DNA of 64,000 nt from Phoronis australis (Eukaryota > Animalia > Phoronida), in NCBI GenBank assembly GCA_002633005.1, contig NMRA01000394.1, positions 288,930 through 352,929 on the forward strand, read 5' to 3'. The notes beneath the pieces were generated by a model. It saw only the letters and a list, made by a program, of their open reading frames with translations, was not told where the DNA came from and did not search any database. Shown in pieces: positions 36,674 to 49,651 of this stretch. Each line of letters starts with the position of its first letter. Positions within the stretch are counted from its first letter, which is position 1. Both the position numbers and the translations under genes were made by a program.

Positions 36674-39600
36674 CCTGAGCTTACCACGCCACGTCGTGTA
36701 TGACGTAGTTCATTTTCTAGACCACCAAAAGATGGTAACATCGGTGACAAATAGTTCATTATCTTTATTTTGTTTAACTGTTTCCATGAACTTCACTTAG
36801 AAACCTGCTACGGCCTGATACCAAAGCTTTTTGGGACCAAGTTGCCTGGTGACAATTCCTGCACAATAGAAGACAGTTCAGCATGACTATAACCGAGGAG
36901 ATTTGACGCACTCCTGTAACTACTCAGTTTTGGGTACTTGAAGACCTACAGGTTGTTGTCCTTGTAGTTGTGGGAAATCTGGTGGAGTTACAACGGACGA
37001 TTATCGCGATTGATACAGTGAGGGAGAATGTCAAAGTCTGACGTGGCAGTTACTTCTCGTTTCACGAAACATTTCTAGGTATCGTAAATAAATTTTAAAA
37101 AAATCCTTTGGAACTGCTTGAATGTGCAACAATAAGTCTTTGATGAGGTCTGATTATGCGTATTGTTCTAACATATGTCAAGTGGTAAACACATCGGCCT
37201 TTATATCAGCGAATATCGACGAGAGTTGGCGATTTGTAACGAAGTGATAAAGACAACGGGTTTTGTTGTTTTATAACTCTAATCAAAGCTAATAGCTTCC
37301 AGAATTCTATTCTTATCCAACAATAAACCCAACAATGCGTATTTCGGCCGAAAACGCGGATTCAAGAGGCTGTTTCCGCTATGTGAGTTATATACCTCAC
37401 CAAACGGAGTTTACCGCAAGTTAATTCAGTTGAAACTTAAGCCCATCCAACACAATTTATGAACTTGATGTAAATTTTTTAGTTTAATAGATGTTTATTT
37501 TAGTGGTGCGTCTCCACCTATTGTAACATACTCGTCGATGTGAGTGACCGACAGCTGACTCCTGCATGTATGAGGTCTCCGCGGAAACCCCGCCCGATTA
37601 AAAAATAACCCTTTCACAATCAGGACTGAAAGTTACGAAATGTTTATATTTTAGTGATATCTGTCAACTCATCCCGTGTTCTAAACTGGGGAATGATGCG
37701 GAAAGGCTATCTTTAAACTATGTCAGTAAAGGATATTTCCTTTTTTGCTCACTACCTGAAATGCAAATAACGGACACGGGTCACTGATCATGAGCAACGC
37801 CATCCATTTCTTTAAATATGTTCAGGTCATGGTAAAAATTTAATTCCAACCCCAAGCATATCGTTCAGGGCGTCAGAAGGTGACAAGAGTGTCGAAACCC
37901 ATTACTTTAGCGGGGACACTGAGGCACTCGTCCGAATTTGGCCGTGCTGAGTCGGTAGTTAGGCAGTTGAAACCAAGTCCGAATACGGCGAGAGAATATC
38001 TGGTACAATTTTGAAGTGATTCCAATGATAATTAGCCGGGAATATGACTAAATACGGTACACATTTCAAAAGGCCACCTTCAGATTGTTTCGGAAAATTG
38101 AGCTACTTTGAGCTATAAATTTTGTAACTTCGGCATGGGGTTTTGTTGTTTCCTAAAACCATTTTCTCTCACAGTAGCATACAAATCTCCAAGATATGTT
38201 TTTATTTCAAAGGGTTTCCGTCAACTGTTGAAAATTTGTTTGGAATGAATTTGTTTTAATTTTTTTCAAATTTGCGTACTTTTCTAATGCCTTATTGTCT
38301 GTGACCTTTCGCCTCTGTTAGCTGTCAGTGTTAATTTTTTAACCAAAATCGCTCTGTGGGTTAAAAACATTACCAAACTCATTAGATTTTGAATTGTTGC
38401 CGAGAGCTGGCGACTTAGGTCACAGACGATGCGCCTATGCACCATTTGGTCAACCTCAATAAATTGTGAAGTGTTTTCGAGACTTATTTAAGGTAACATT
38501 ACCTTATGAGCAACTTAATATATTTCTCATTCAGTTTTACGATCTTCGTAATTATTGCCGCTGTTCATATTCGCGTGAGGATATGTTTTTGGCGTGTATT
38601 TTCTAAGATAAGAGTTCAGCCATAATCAAAGCCTTCTGCCTTTTGCTTCCATTCAAGCAATTCATAATTGTTGCATTTAAAACGTTTCCTATTAATGTCT
38701 GGTTTGATTGGTGCCTTTGTGCGCTGTTCAACGCCGTAACAACAGAGCACGCAATCTCGTGTAGTAATCAAGATTTCCTCTGCTTGTGCAATTACAGAGA
38801 ATCGAAGTTGATTTCTTGCACGACATCTCCGGAAATTCCCTGCCTCCTCACCCTTGCAAAACGAGAAAGTAATTTATCGGACACACTTTGCCGGAATAAT
38901 GGCCAAGTGACTTTTGCTCAAGGCTACCCTCTTTTTATTTAATAAACATTTTCTTACTGCAATTGAAATTTAGAAAAGTCTACAGACTTTCACAAAAACG
39001 TTGAAACTTGACAGCAGTTTTCCACGATTGCACAAATCCCAAGATTGTGACGCCTTTCTTGAAGATATTCCCCGTATATAATTTTAGATCCAAGGGGTTT
39101 TGTCGCCGGAAATCTCACCGAAGCATATTGACCATTTGTTTTTGAATACTTAAAGTGGTTGTGGTGCAATTACTGTAAGATACTTGTTGGGAATACCTTT
39201 GGAGTGGGCACCTGAAGGAAACGGGACGCAACAGTTTACAAGGACTAAGGATGCCATGAATGGGCAACAGCATGACCATGAGTCATCTCCACGATTCACA
39301 CACGAGACATTCTTTGAAACAACCTAGGCTTCTTACCAGTGGTCGCCAGGGAGTCGACCCGATGAGTTTGCGGCAACCTAATGCTTATATCGCCCTACCT
39401 GAGGACTCAGTGTCAGGAGTAACAGCCAGGCGTCGGCAACAAAATTACCATTCGCTACTACTGATGCTACGAACAATCGCTCTATCGTTCTAACCATAGG
39501 CCGATAGGACTCATTCAAAGGCACTTGGCGTCAAAATGTCCAACATAATAGCCATGATCAAATAATCCCCATTCAGATCAAAACAATCCTTTTAACATTT

Positions 39601-42600
39601 GTATCGGATTCTTTTTCACAGTTGAACGAGCGCTCTTCTCGCATAGGTCAGTGGACGACGTAAGTCCGGAGTTGATGCTCCCTGAAAATTCACCAACAGG
39701 AATAGTTTGATTTTACGTCGACATCAATCCTAACGTTGATGCGCTGCTAATTTCCAGCTTCGCCTAGGGTGGACGCAATTCCGATTGTTGCCACCATTCC
39801 AATTTAATCCTTCATTCTTAATGTATGTGCCCGTATAATTGACCTTTAAGAACTGATTTTGTAATGGGGTTTTAATTCGATTTGATACCTTCATTAATGC
39901 ATTGAGTCTTGTCAAGGAACTAATTGGAGTATAAAATCGAATTAATTAATGTTCACACATAAAATTTCATTCCTATAGGCAGAGCTCAAAATTGATCGAA
40001 TAAATCATACGCAAAGGTCCCACTGGAGTGGAAAATATTTGTACTTAAAAAATGAAGAACCCAGCAGAAAACGGTACGTCATGGCTTTAAACTATGGCTT
40101 TTAATGTTTATTAACAGTTTCAAAGCATAGTCTGTCCATCTAAACTCGGAACCAAAACCCTATAGCTCCTTCTAAAATTCATCAATTCTGTGCGCTTTTT
40201 GGGACACGCTTTGGCCCAGCCGACCAAAACTTGGGAAATCTTCCGAATAACATTTGATGACAACTTCATGACAGAAGCAAACAACTCATCTCACAATCGC
40301 GTACACTGTCACTGCACACAGTTTATGCTTGGCTTATGCTGAGGTAGTAAAGGATTGACTGCGCAGTTCTCGTTGGGTTTTGCGTAGCAGTGCGCACGTC
40401 GTCGTACCTGCTACCTGTCGTCCTCTGTGTCGAAGACCCAATGATCTAAATAAAAAGTTGTGAGTCGTTTTGTATCAAAACCGCTACACATTACCACAGA
40501 CACTTTGTTTTTTGTTTTATTTTGTTTGACCCTCTTCCGCCGAAATGAAATCGACATCAAAAAGTGGCAAAAACGCAGCCCAGTACTACCACTTCCTTGC
40601 CAATACTAGACATATGCCAGCACTTGATCATGAAAGTTAATTCCCTTCCTTTTCAATTTTAAATTTGATTTGAAAAGAAAATCAAATCAAAAATTTGTAT
40701 TTTGTCGGTCAAAATAACACGTTGCTACTGTTGCCAGTAAACATGCAATTCTGTATCTGTACAGATTCCAAAATTGTTGTCCAAAATTTTTGCCATCTAA
40801 CTAAGCTTTTCGCAATCTCAGGTTGTTTGAGGGATATCTGAAATCGCAACACATTGCTCAGGCACTGCGCAGAAATGCAACAAAATTCTTTGGGGTGCCG
40901 CCATTTTGACGAAAAGTGTATCCACAGCCGAACTAGTGGATTTTCTCATTCCCGTCATGTTCACAAATACGAGCAAATCAGATTCACTTAGCGTACTAGG
41001 CCTACCTCGAAACTGCCACCACACCTGACCTAGAAAATAATTGAAGGCCTGGAACGCGAAAAACGGACTTTTTCAAAGTGGTTCTTTGCGCGGCTACTGA
41101 AACAGAATTCTAGTCAACCTGCTTACCAGATACTTTTTTACGGTTTGTACGTAAAGATTTGAATTTCTGTTGATGTCAAAGCGTTGTTTGGCATATTTTA
41201 CTAGTCGGGAATAGCGCCATGTCTAATCTCACACTCGCAGCAAAATCGTGGTTTCACGAAGTCAAAATGTTCCCCTGTGCTTCGTGCTGTGGAGAAAAAG
41301 TAGCTCCCGGTGCCGATAACGGTCACTGGTCCCACGTGATCAGCCATCAAATCTAGCTCCCATTACACTGAAATTCGAAGGCTGTTATTAGCCGATTCCA
41401 TTGGGGCACAAATTCGGAATATAGTGGCCAGAATAAATTAGCAATGGATGCATAAATTCGAAATTATGCCCATTCTGGGTTAGTGAGCCGGCAATTTGCG
41501 ACGCATCAAGTTTATAAATTCCGGTATATACAATGTATGGTGCTATAAATTCCGGAATCATGTCCACTCTGTCTTACCATACTCATAATTAAATGTCATT
41601 GGGCTCGCTGTAGATTGTGAATGTGGCCCTCCGTAATTATATAAGAAGTCTACAGGAGACGAGCAATAGCAGTTTCAGTTGACGCGAGCTTTCTTTCCGA
41701 AGTGGTAAACCGTAACCAAGCGCCAGCATGTTCTATTCGCGGTCAAATTTGTTAGTTAAAACAGCTGTTCTGATATCGTGTTGGTCTTTTGTAGTCTCGG
41801 ATGAAGGTAAGCATTTGCAATATAAAGTCACGTAGACTGTCAAAACTTAAAAGAAATAAAATTTTATTGATCGTGTTTCAAGAAATGTGAAAAACAAAGG
41901 GTGTTAGACTAATATTTGTTTAATGGTTCAGACGCATTTTTAGACAATTCATTTGTTTGATGTGCCTTCATACGTATATTTTCCTAATTTTGATCGGAAT
42001 TTGGTTCTGTTGTCTGTACGTGTAGCTAGACTTCGAATATTGAATTGCGAAATTTCACTTTCAAAAGATGTGAGTTTGAGAGCTTTTCAAAAAAATATTG
42101 AAAATGTGATGCAGTTGTCTTTAAAACTATGAGTTTATTTCGTGTCTTTCTTGGTATTGGGTGTCTATTTCCTTATTCTCGATGTACTCGTTGAAATGAA
42201 ATGAAGTTATAAAATTGTGCAATATGTATATTTTTAGTTCCAAGTGGCACCACCATAGATAACAATGATCCAGTTTCGGCTATTCTTGTCGCACGCGACA
42301 ACTATCAGAATTCACCATACAGCATTGAGAACGAGGTTGAATACGTAAAACCTGCAGCACCTTCAAAAAGACACTTGTTCCAACAATGGGCTCCATTGAC
42401 AAGATCTCCGATTGGAAAGCGACCGTTCGTCTTCACACTAAATAACAAGGGGTCAAAATGGTTTGGAAAGAAGAGATCCACGCCAGAAAAACGTCCATTT
42501 TCGGTCGGCGGGTATCGACACTGGATTGGTTAATACTGTGGGTTACTGACATTTGTCACTCTAAAATGACTAACTGGCGCGTTTCAGATCGTCATCAAAA

Positions 42601-42810
42601 CGTTTTACTCGACGCACTCACAGAATGCGCCGGCATGTGTGGTCATTTACTTTTCTCGTGTCTGTGTAACACATAAACAGTGTGAGACGAGAATATTTGG
42701 TACGCCAGTGTTTCTATCACGGCAGAGCGCAATAAAAAAATTATGAATTTAGAAAGTAAAGTTTTTTTTTAATTAGTGCAGCATTGAAATCATCCATTGT
42801 CTCACTTAAC

Positions 42811-42882
42811 TATGTATGTATGTATATGTGTGTATGTATGTATGTATGTATGTGTGTGTGTGTATGTATGTATGTATGTATG
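42811..42882. repeat. (TATG)n/(TG)n microsatellite
   Basis: Directly visible in the sequence. Confidence 0.95.
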
Positions 42883-43835
42883 TTAAAATAAATTTCGTTG
42901 TTTTACGTACTTCTCTGTGTTCACATGGTTACATGTACATGTAAAGTGGCTATAACTGACACATTCCCCCGGAATTAGAGATGATTTCTAGGCTTCCAAA
43001 AATTAGTCCCCGAAACTGAGCTTTACATGTTGGCTCGATACGGCAGGTCATTTTATGCACCGGCCATAGTGTCGAAGAATAACGAACCGATAGTTGCTTT
43101 GAGAATCCAAAAATCACTTCCGATGTTAGTGACGACCAAAATCTGAGCCTAAACCAAAATTTCGCTTCGTGGACGGAACGCGAGTTTATAGTTAATTTAA
43201 CCACAATAAAGCTGATGCAAATCGGACACATAAGTTGGACTGTCGCACAATGTAAAGGAAAGATCACGTTTGAAGTTATGCAAGGCCCTTGTAAATGTTC
43301 AAATTTAGCTAAAATTTAGCAAAACAACCTTTTCAGATACCATGCTTTATACACCGTTCTCCAGTTGAAAGCTCTTTTAGGAATCTGTTAGTGTTCCCAT
43401 CGTTTCAGGAAAGATCGTTAAAAATAGGACCTCATGGTTGTGTCTGAACAATTTAAAAGTTGCATGAAATAAAAAAGATGATTAAGTTCTCTTGGTGGCA
43501 AGGAATGAGGCTACCGTAGAAGCAGTCAGAAGACGTCGTCTTTAAAAGGTAAAGGCTTTTGCGTATCTAGTCAGGTATTCAGTACAGTTTCGAATTTTCA
43601 ATGTACTATGTTATTTTTTTCATGAAACTTACCTGTATTTCAGAAACCTCACGTGTCCTCTAACATTTACATCGTCTCAAATTATAGGAATCGATTGTTT
43701 CAGTTGAGCCCAGTGTGCTTTGTCTTAGAAACTAACTTTTAATTTATACTGCACACCGCAGTATAACTGGTCTCATTGGTCTTTCAACGAAGCGACGAAT
43801 CATTATTGCTCGGGACCGTACTAATGAGTTTGTAG

Positions 43836-44146
43836 CTGGGATGGATCCAGGATTTTGAGTTGGGGGGGGGGGGGCAGGTCACAGGAATAACCAGAATTTT
43901 GTCACATGCGCGCGCCCAACCTGAAATGTAGGGTTTCAGGGGTCTCGAATTTTTGGGTTCATTTGCGGACGTTATTTCTAAAAAAACGGCAATCGGGTTT
44001 ATTCAAGGCTTATGTGTTGTGCATTCGCCCCCCGAGCCCCCTGGGTGTGCGCATACGCTAGTCAGCAATTCGCACCCCGAACTGCCTAATGCTATCTGGG
44101 AGAATTTTAGGGGAGCCATGCGCCCCCTCCCCCAAATCCGCCACTG
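43836..44146. mobile_element. Degenerate CAGTGGCGGAT-type MITE
   Basis: Left end CTGGGATGGATCCAGGATTTT followed by a G-run; right end a C-run followed by AAATCCGCCACTG. TIR match is degenerate and no TSD is seen. Confidence 0.4.
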
Positions 44147-45390
44147 CGTAGAGATCGATCTCGACGATCAGTTTTACCTAGCTAACAAACGCAGTCTTTT
44201 TTTTGATCAAGTAACAGTTTTAGATCAATTTGATAACGCTGTGTGGTCTCAATCAAAAGTTTGTTTTCGTGACGCTACGCGGGTTCATGGCCTCTTTACT
44301 TGAAAATTTTCAGACGCGAGTTCGGCGCAAACAACGAAGCCTAGCTGTCGCGCGATCAAAATGTTAGTCGACAGTCTCGCTCGCATGGCCCACGTGACAA
44401 ATGCTACGCAGGGCACTGATACGCAACAAAGAGTATAAGAATAACTTAACAACAGCGACTAAATAAGCATAATAATAAGCGTCCAGTCCACAACCCCCCC
44501 CCCAGCAGAAAATGTCGCTCACACATCATTAACATACAATATGCAAAGCAAAACGCAGTGAAATGAAGGATAACGGAAAACATATTCAGTCCCTCATACC
44601 CGACAGACATCACACTGAACGTTCCGTCACAGTACATGTATATCAAATGCCGGTAACCTTAAAATGTTCGTTGTTTCAGTGTTTAATGTGTCATTCCAAA
44701 CAATTCAAAATCAATCAAAAGGGTAAAAAACAATGATTCAGTAACTTTAATTGTGGGTGCCTCTTAAAAATAAGCAGCAGGTACAGTGTAGTTTTAAATG
44801 TCGCCGAGTGCGCCTTGACCTGACATGTCGGCAACAGGTTCCGGCAGCCAAATCGTGTCCACTGACGTAATTTGCAAGGGGTTCATGTTATGAAGTGGTT
44901 GGAGAAGGACGGCATTGTTGTCGACGGAAAACATCGAACTGTTTCTTGAGAATCGGTTAATAACTAGTTCGAGGGATGTGTTTCTCGTATTAGTCATTTG
45001 GTATGTTACTAGGCTGTTCCACAGCTTCACATCTGTTGTTATAAAATGAAAGTTGGTCAAAAGTTTACTATTTGGGCAGTTAAAGAAGAGTTAAGAAGAA
45101 TTGCTGCCTGTCGTGTGAGATCTATACGAAGCAAATGTGAAGGGCAGATTTTCTTATAAAAGTTGTTCTCAGTTCAGACGCGAGTTCAAGAGATCGACTC
45201 TGTATTCAACAGGAAAGTGTTTTACTAGTTTCCAATGCTGTACCTGGTTTAGTACGTACACAGCCCGATTTTTGGATACCACTTTTGGGTCTCTGCCTAA
45301 GAACTCCGATTGTCGTGACCGCTTCGAATGAGACACTTTAGCTCGAAATCTGTGTGGGAACACTTATCTGCACACTCCGATTAGTCACAT

Positions 45391-45972
45391 ATTGCACTCG
45401 TGTATGAAGTCACAATGTGTAGACCGAGCTCAAACGATCGGGTTTCGGGACACTGACCATGTCTAATTTAAGTTGTACATGAAGTTCGCCATCAAAACTT
45501 ACAATTAACCAGTGTCTCGGAGGTGTAATCACCAGTTTTTCACCTTTCCGGTCGTTACTAAATATTGCAGTCACCTGGCGTTCACCATTGCTGCATAATC
45601 AAAAGTATTATACCCATAAATAGGCCTACCTTATTAACAGTACGCACAAACACCGAATACACCTCNATTTAGTGGGAATGTTCATAGCATGTTTTTGATT
45701 GCACTCGTGTATGAAGTCACAATGTGTAGACCGAGCTCAAACGATCGGGTTTCGGGACACTGACCATGTCTAATTTAAGTTGTACATGAAGTTCGCCATC
45801 AAAACTTACAATTAACCAGTGTCTCGGAGGTGTAATCACCAGTTTTTCACCTTTCCGGTCGTTACTAAATATTGCAGTCACCTGGCGTTCACCATTGCTG
45901 CATAATCAAAAGTATTATACCCATAAATAGGCCTACCTTATTAACAGTACGCACAAACACCGAATACACCTC
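45391..45972. repeat. Apparent 275-bp direct duplication (45391-45665 / 45698-45972) across an N; probable contig overlap
   Basis: The copies read as identical; N at 45666 followed by a 31-bp spacer. Confidence 0.9.
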
Positions 45973-48900
45973 AACAAAAACTACATGTAGTACTGAATTT
46001 AACAGAAGTTCCTTGTGCGATGTTTTCATTTTTGTTAAAAAATAAATGGATTCATTTTGTGTGTGACGTTCAACTCCCCGTACCACCTTACCCTACCGTT
46101 AACAACGGTAGGCCTACTTACAGCACGCCGTATTAAGTTTTGTTTGTTCCTTCACTGAAAATGTGATGTTTTATACGGCCTATTCAGGCATTTACGTCAG
46201 TCAATCTGTCGCTTTCCAAATGGGTGAATGCTCTTTTGACATCAGTAATTACTATTAACGAACTGAATTATGTATCTCACAGTAATGACTTCAAATATAA
46301 TGGGAGAACTAGACAAGCAAGACAAAAGTTCACACAGTAATTACTTATTATGCTGCTATGCCAATGTACGTAGAATCACAAAAAGAACTTATATCGAATT
46401 AACTTACAGTAATGAACTTTAAAGCTAAATTGAGGTCTTGAATCATATATTGATCAGATGAGTGTTCGAAAATATTAAGTAATCGGGCCCAACAGCCACT
46501 AGGTAGACACTACCTATTTGACGCAATCTTTCATTTTGTACTTCATAAGAGGAGATTGGCCGGTTGCTCAATATTCTGTGGTGAAGTTGGATCAGTGTAT
46601 TCAAAGACGCGGTACTAAAGACTTCTTTAGTTTTGTTTAAGGCACTATGGCCGCGTTTCGATAATTTGTCTTGGTGTCCACTCGCACAAAACTTCAACAT
46701 ATGTCGGCAGCAGGTTCAAAAATGGTGAAAATTGTAACTGTAACTTGTTGAATGCTTCACGACCACAATGCATGCTTTCGGCCCTTTACGGGTTGAAATT
46801 AATTCCCTGTGGATAAATATTTTATGCTTATTTATTAAACGTATATAAACGCTTAACCATCATACGGGAATTTACCATTGGGGCCAAAACATGGCTAGTG
46901 GGCCTATATATTCGAATTTTTTTTCTAATTTACTCCTCAGTTTGAACACTTTGTAGCCACAGTTCTCGTTTCTCGGGGTATAGGCCACCTGTGGTCAAAT
47001 TATTTTGGGGTTACTGAATGGCTGCGTTTGCCCGTATTTTCCTTGGCGTTGTGTAACTGAAGGTACGAAATATCGTATGACATGAAGTACTTAATATAAA
47101 GGACATCATTGACGATAAAAGGTCAGCCTCAACAACCTACCACCGCCGGTCACCGCTGCCTCTAACAACTAGCTCCTGGCGGAGTTAAATCCCTCTTGGT
47201 TAACAGCAGGTGGCATAGCCGTATTTAGGCTTAGTACTAACGGACCGTGAGTCACCGATTTTGAGCGTTCAATGTTTGACATAAGATCGCTGCAAAAATT
47301 GGCGATTTGTAATAAAGTCACAAAAACACAATAGTGTTGCTTTGAACTTCTAGTCTGGCGGGTCAAAGCAAACTACTTCAGTCATTCTACGGTGTGTTAA
47401 CTCCTACACCGGGTTCATGAAGCAGGTGCTCTCACTTTAGCGAATTGGCGCCTGACGATTTTCCCGACGAATGGGAGGACGGTTCGTTTAACAAAACGAA
47501 ATACCGATATCACATCTATCAGAGTGATTTATTTTTGTTTGATACTACAGAATTGTAGGCCTACATTGTATGTGGTTGTTATTTGACTAACTAATTTCAG
47601 TGGTAACTAATTTCATTTTGTAGTGGTCACCTCTGAAATTAAATAAATATCAACTTTCTCCAATTTATTGCTATCTAGACAGCAAAGCATTAATGAAAAA
47701 CATCTTGCTTTCCCACACTTTTAATTAATTTTCAGCTATTATGGATGCTGTTTACGAAATCCCACAAAAGGCACACCTCAAGTTACTGAGATTTAGACAC
47801 GCGGTCGAGGCACTAGTTTCGGATTCTGGGAAAGAATGTTGTTTGAGATAAATTTACTCAAAATGTATATATTCAAACTGTCAAGCGCAGTGTATAAATT
47901 AGAGGCTGTGCCTTGTTCAGTTGAGGCAAAAACCACAACTCATTTTTCTAATCTTTTGAAAAAAACAAAAAGTATACGGTTAAGGGTACTGTTCCTATCA
48001 ATACATGTATATTTTCCTCCATATCTATACAGTGTATTTATTTATCATTATAAGCTATAAATCTAGTATATCTGTTTAGCCTAGGCTTGTTGTCTATACT
48101 TTTACTTTTAGATGTTAGTTGGAAAATACCGAGCCCATTCCTTCTGTGTTCTGTGTCAGAGCATAAGCTTTGTGTAATTTGTATCTCTTGAGGGACCTTG
48201 GTAGCCAATTAATGCATGTGTTTGGAGAAGAGGTATAATCAACAGAGATCAATGGTTGTGCTGTGCCACTTAAAAAAGCAATCCAAGTCCGACCCGGCAG
48301 CCGGAGTCGCAATTTGGAGTAGCCGACCGAGGGCAGCACTTCAGTATCTGAAGCTTTTTGTTGATTTTGCATCACCATCTACCGGGGAGTGAGTGTAACG
48401 GAAGTCTCCTAGCGGCCACACCTAAAAACAGTAGAATGTACACAGATCTGTTTAGACAATAGTTGATTTTCGTTTTCTTCGGTTTAACTTCGTCCTGTTA
48501 TTCAAATGCACGGTAAGTTTATGCATTTTGCACATTTTTATGATCTAGACGGAATTATTTAGTTCTCTTCTGGTTCAGAACTCCAGACAATGTTGCTCGT
48601 AGGCGGAAAAAAGCAGGCGGAGCTCAATCGAATGACAATGTAAATGTGAAGACGCCAAGTCAGTGACCGTCTCGACAACTGTCCTTTGGAAGCTTGTCGG
48701 CGAATTATGCCTGGCACTGATTAAAAGATCAAAGTTATGTTGTCGCTGTTATAAGAACCCTTTGTGCATAGAGGAACACCTTGGGAAGCCGTTGATGTCT
48801 TTAACTCTTTCTAACTCGAACATTACTCCCCGGCCGCCACAACAATCAAAACTTATCAACCACCACTCCTTTGTAAATTTACCCAAATTGGCAACTGGCC

Positions 48901-49651
48901 ATTTTTACAGTTGCTCACACTAGGGAATGCGACGTCGGTATTTTCAGACGACTGTGCATGACATTATCTTGTATTGTTGCTCATCAAAAGCTGGAGTGAC
49001 CATTTCTGCTTAATAACTTCTGCTTCTGTGGATCCTTAACGCAGGGAGAGTGTCGCTGAGGACAAAGTTCAGGACACAAAGAGATTCGTAGATTCCTAGA
49101 GTTCTGCTCAGATCTGTAGCCAGGGGTCACGTGATTCACGTCTGTTCCGCGGATGGGCAAAGAGTGTTGTATGATGTGACTTCTGGTTGTGTTGTGTTAT
49201 GTTGTGCTCTAAGTCGCTACATATTGTTAAATGTTGTGCTTTTGTACAGTGGGCCTATGGCCTTTATTGCCGAAATAAATTGATATATATCTCTTGCCAA
49301 AATTACTATTAACCAATCAGTTTGGATGCTTGATTCAGACACCAGTGTCTGAAGACCTCGATATGAATTACTTGAAAGTACACTTATCAGTCATGCTGAG
49401 TGTTTCTAGTTATGAGTCATGCTAGAGGTAACATGTCAATCACTAAATGTTTTGATTGTGGCTGAGAAAAGTATGCGGGTAATAGAACTGGGGTTGATTC
49501 CAACTATAAAGAAAACTCAAAAAACAAATTTTAGTGGCAAGTATTCAGGCTGGCAGTTTGTGTGAGATTTGTACGTATATGGATGTTTATTCATGGTTGT
49601 CTTATACTTTTCAGAGGTTCATTCAACTACTTTATGGTTTTTCAGGTCAAA

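Noticed and set aside
37870-37905. Hammerhead-ribozyme-like strings (here, and CTGATGA at ~16716 minus, ~39359 and ~50734)
   Set aside because: None has a complete CUGANGA-stem II-GAAA-stem III-UH core with pairing stems.
38297-38427. Short inverted repeat GTCTGTGACCT...AGGTCACAGAC
   Set aside because: Only 11 bp are perfect and there is no TSD; probably a MITE scrap, too weak to classify.
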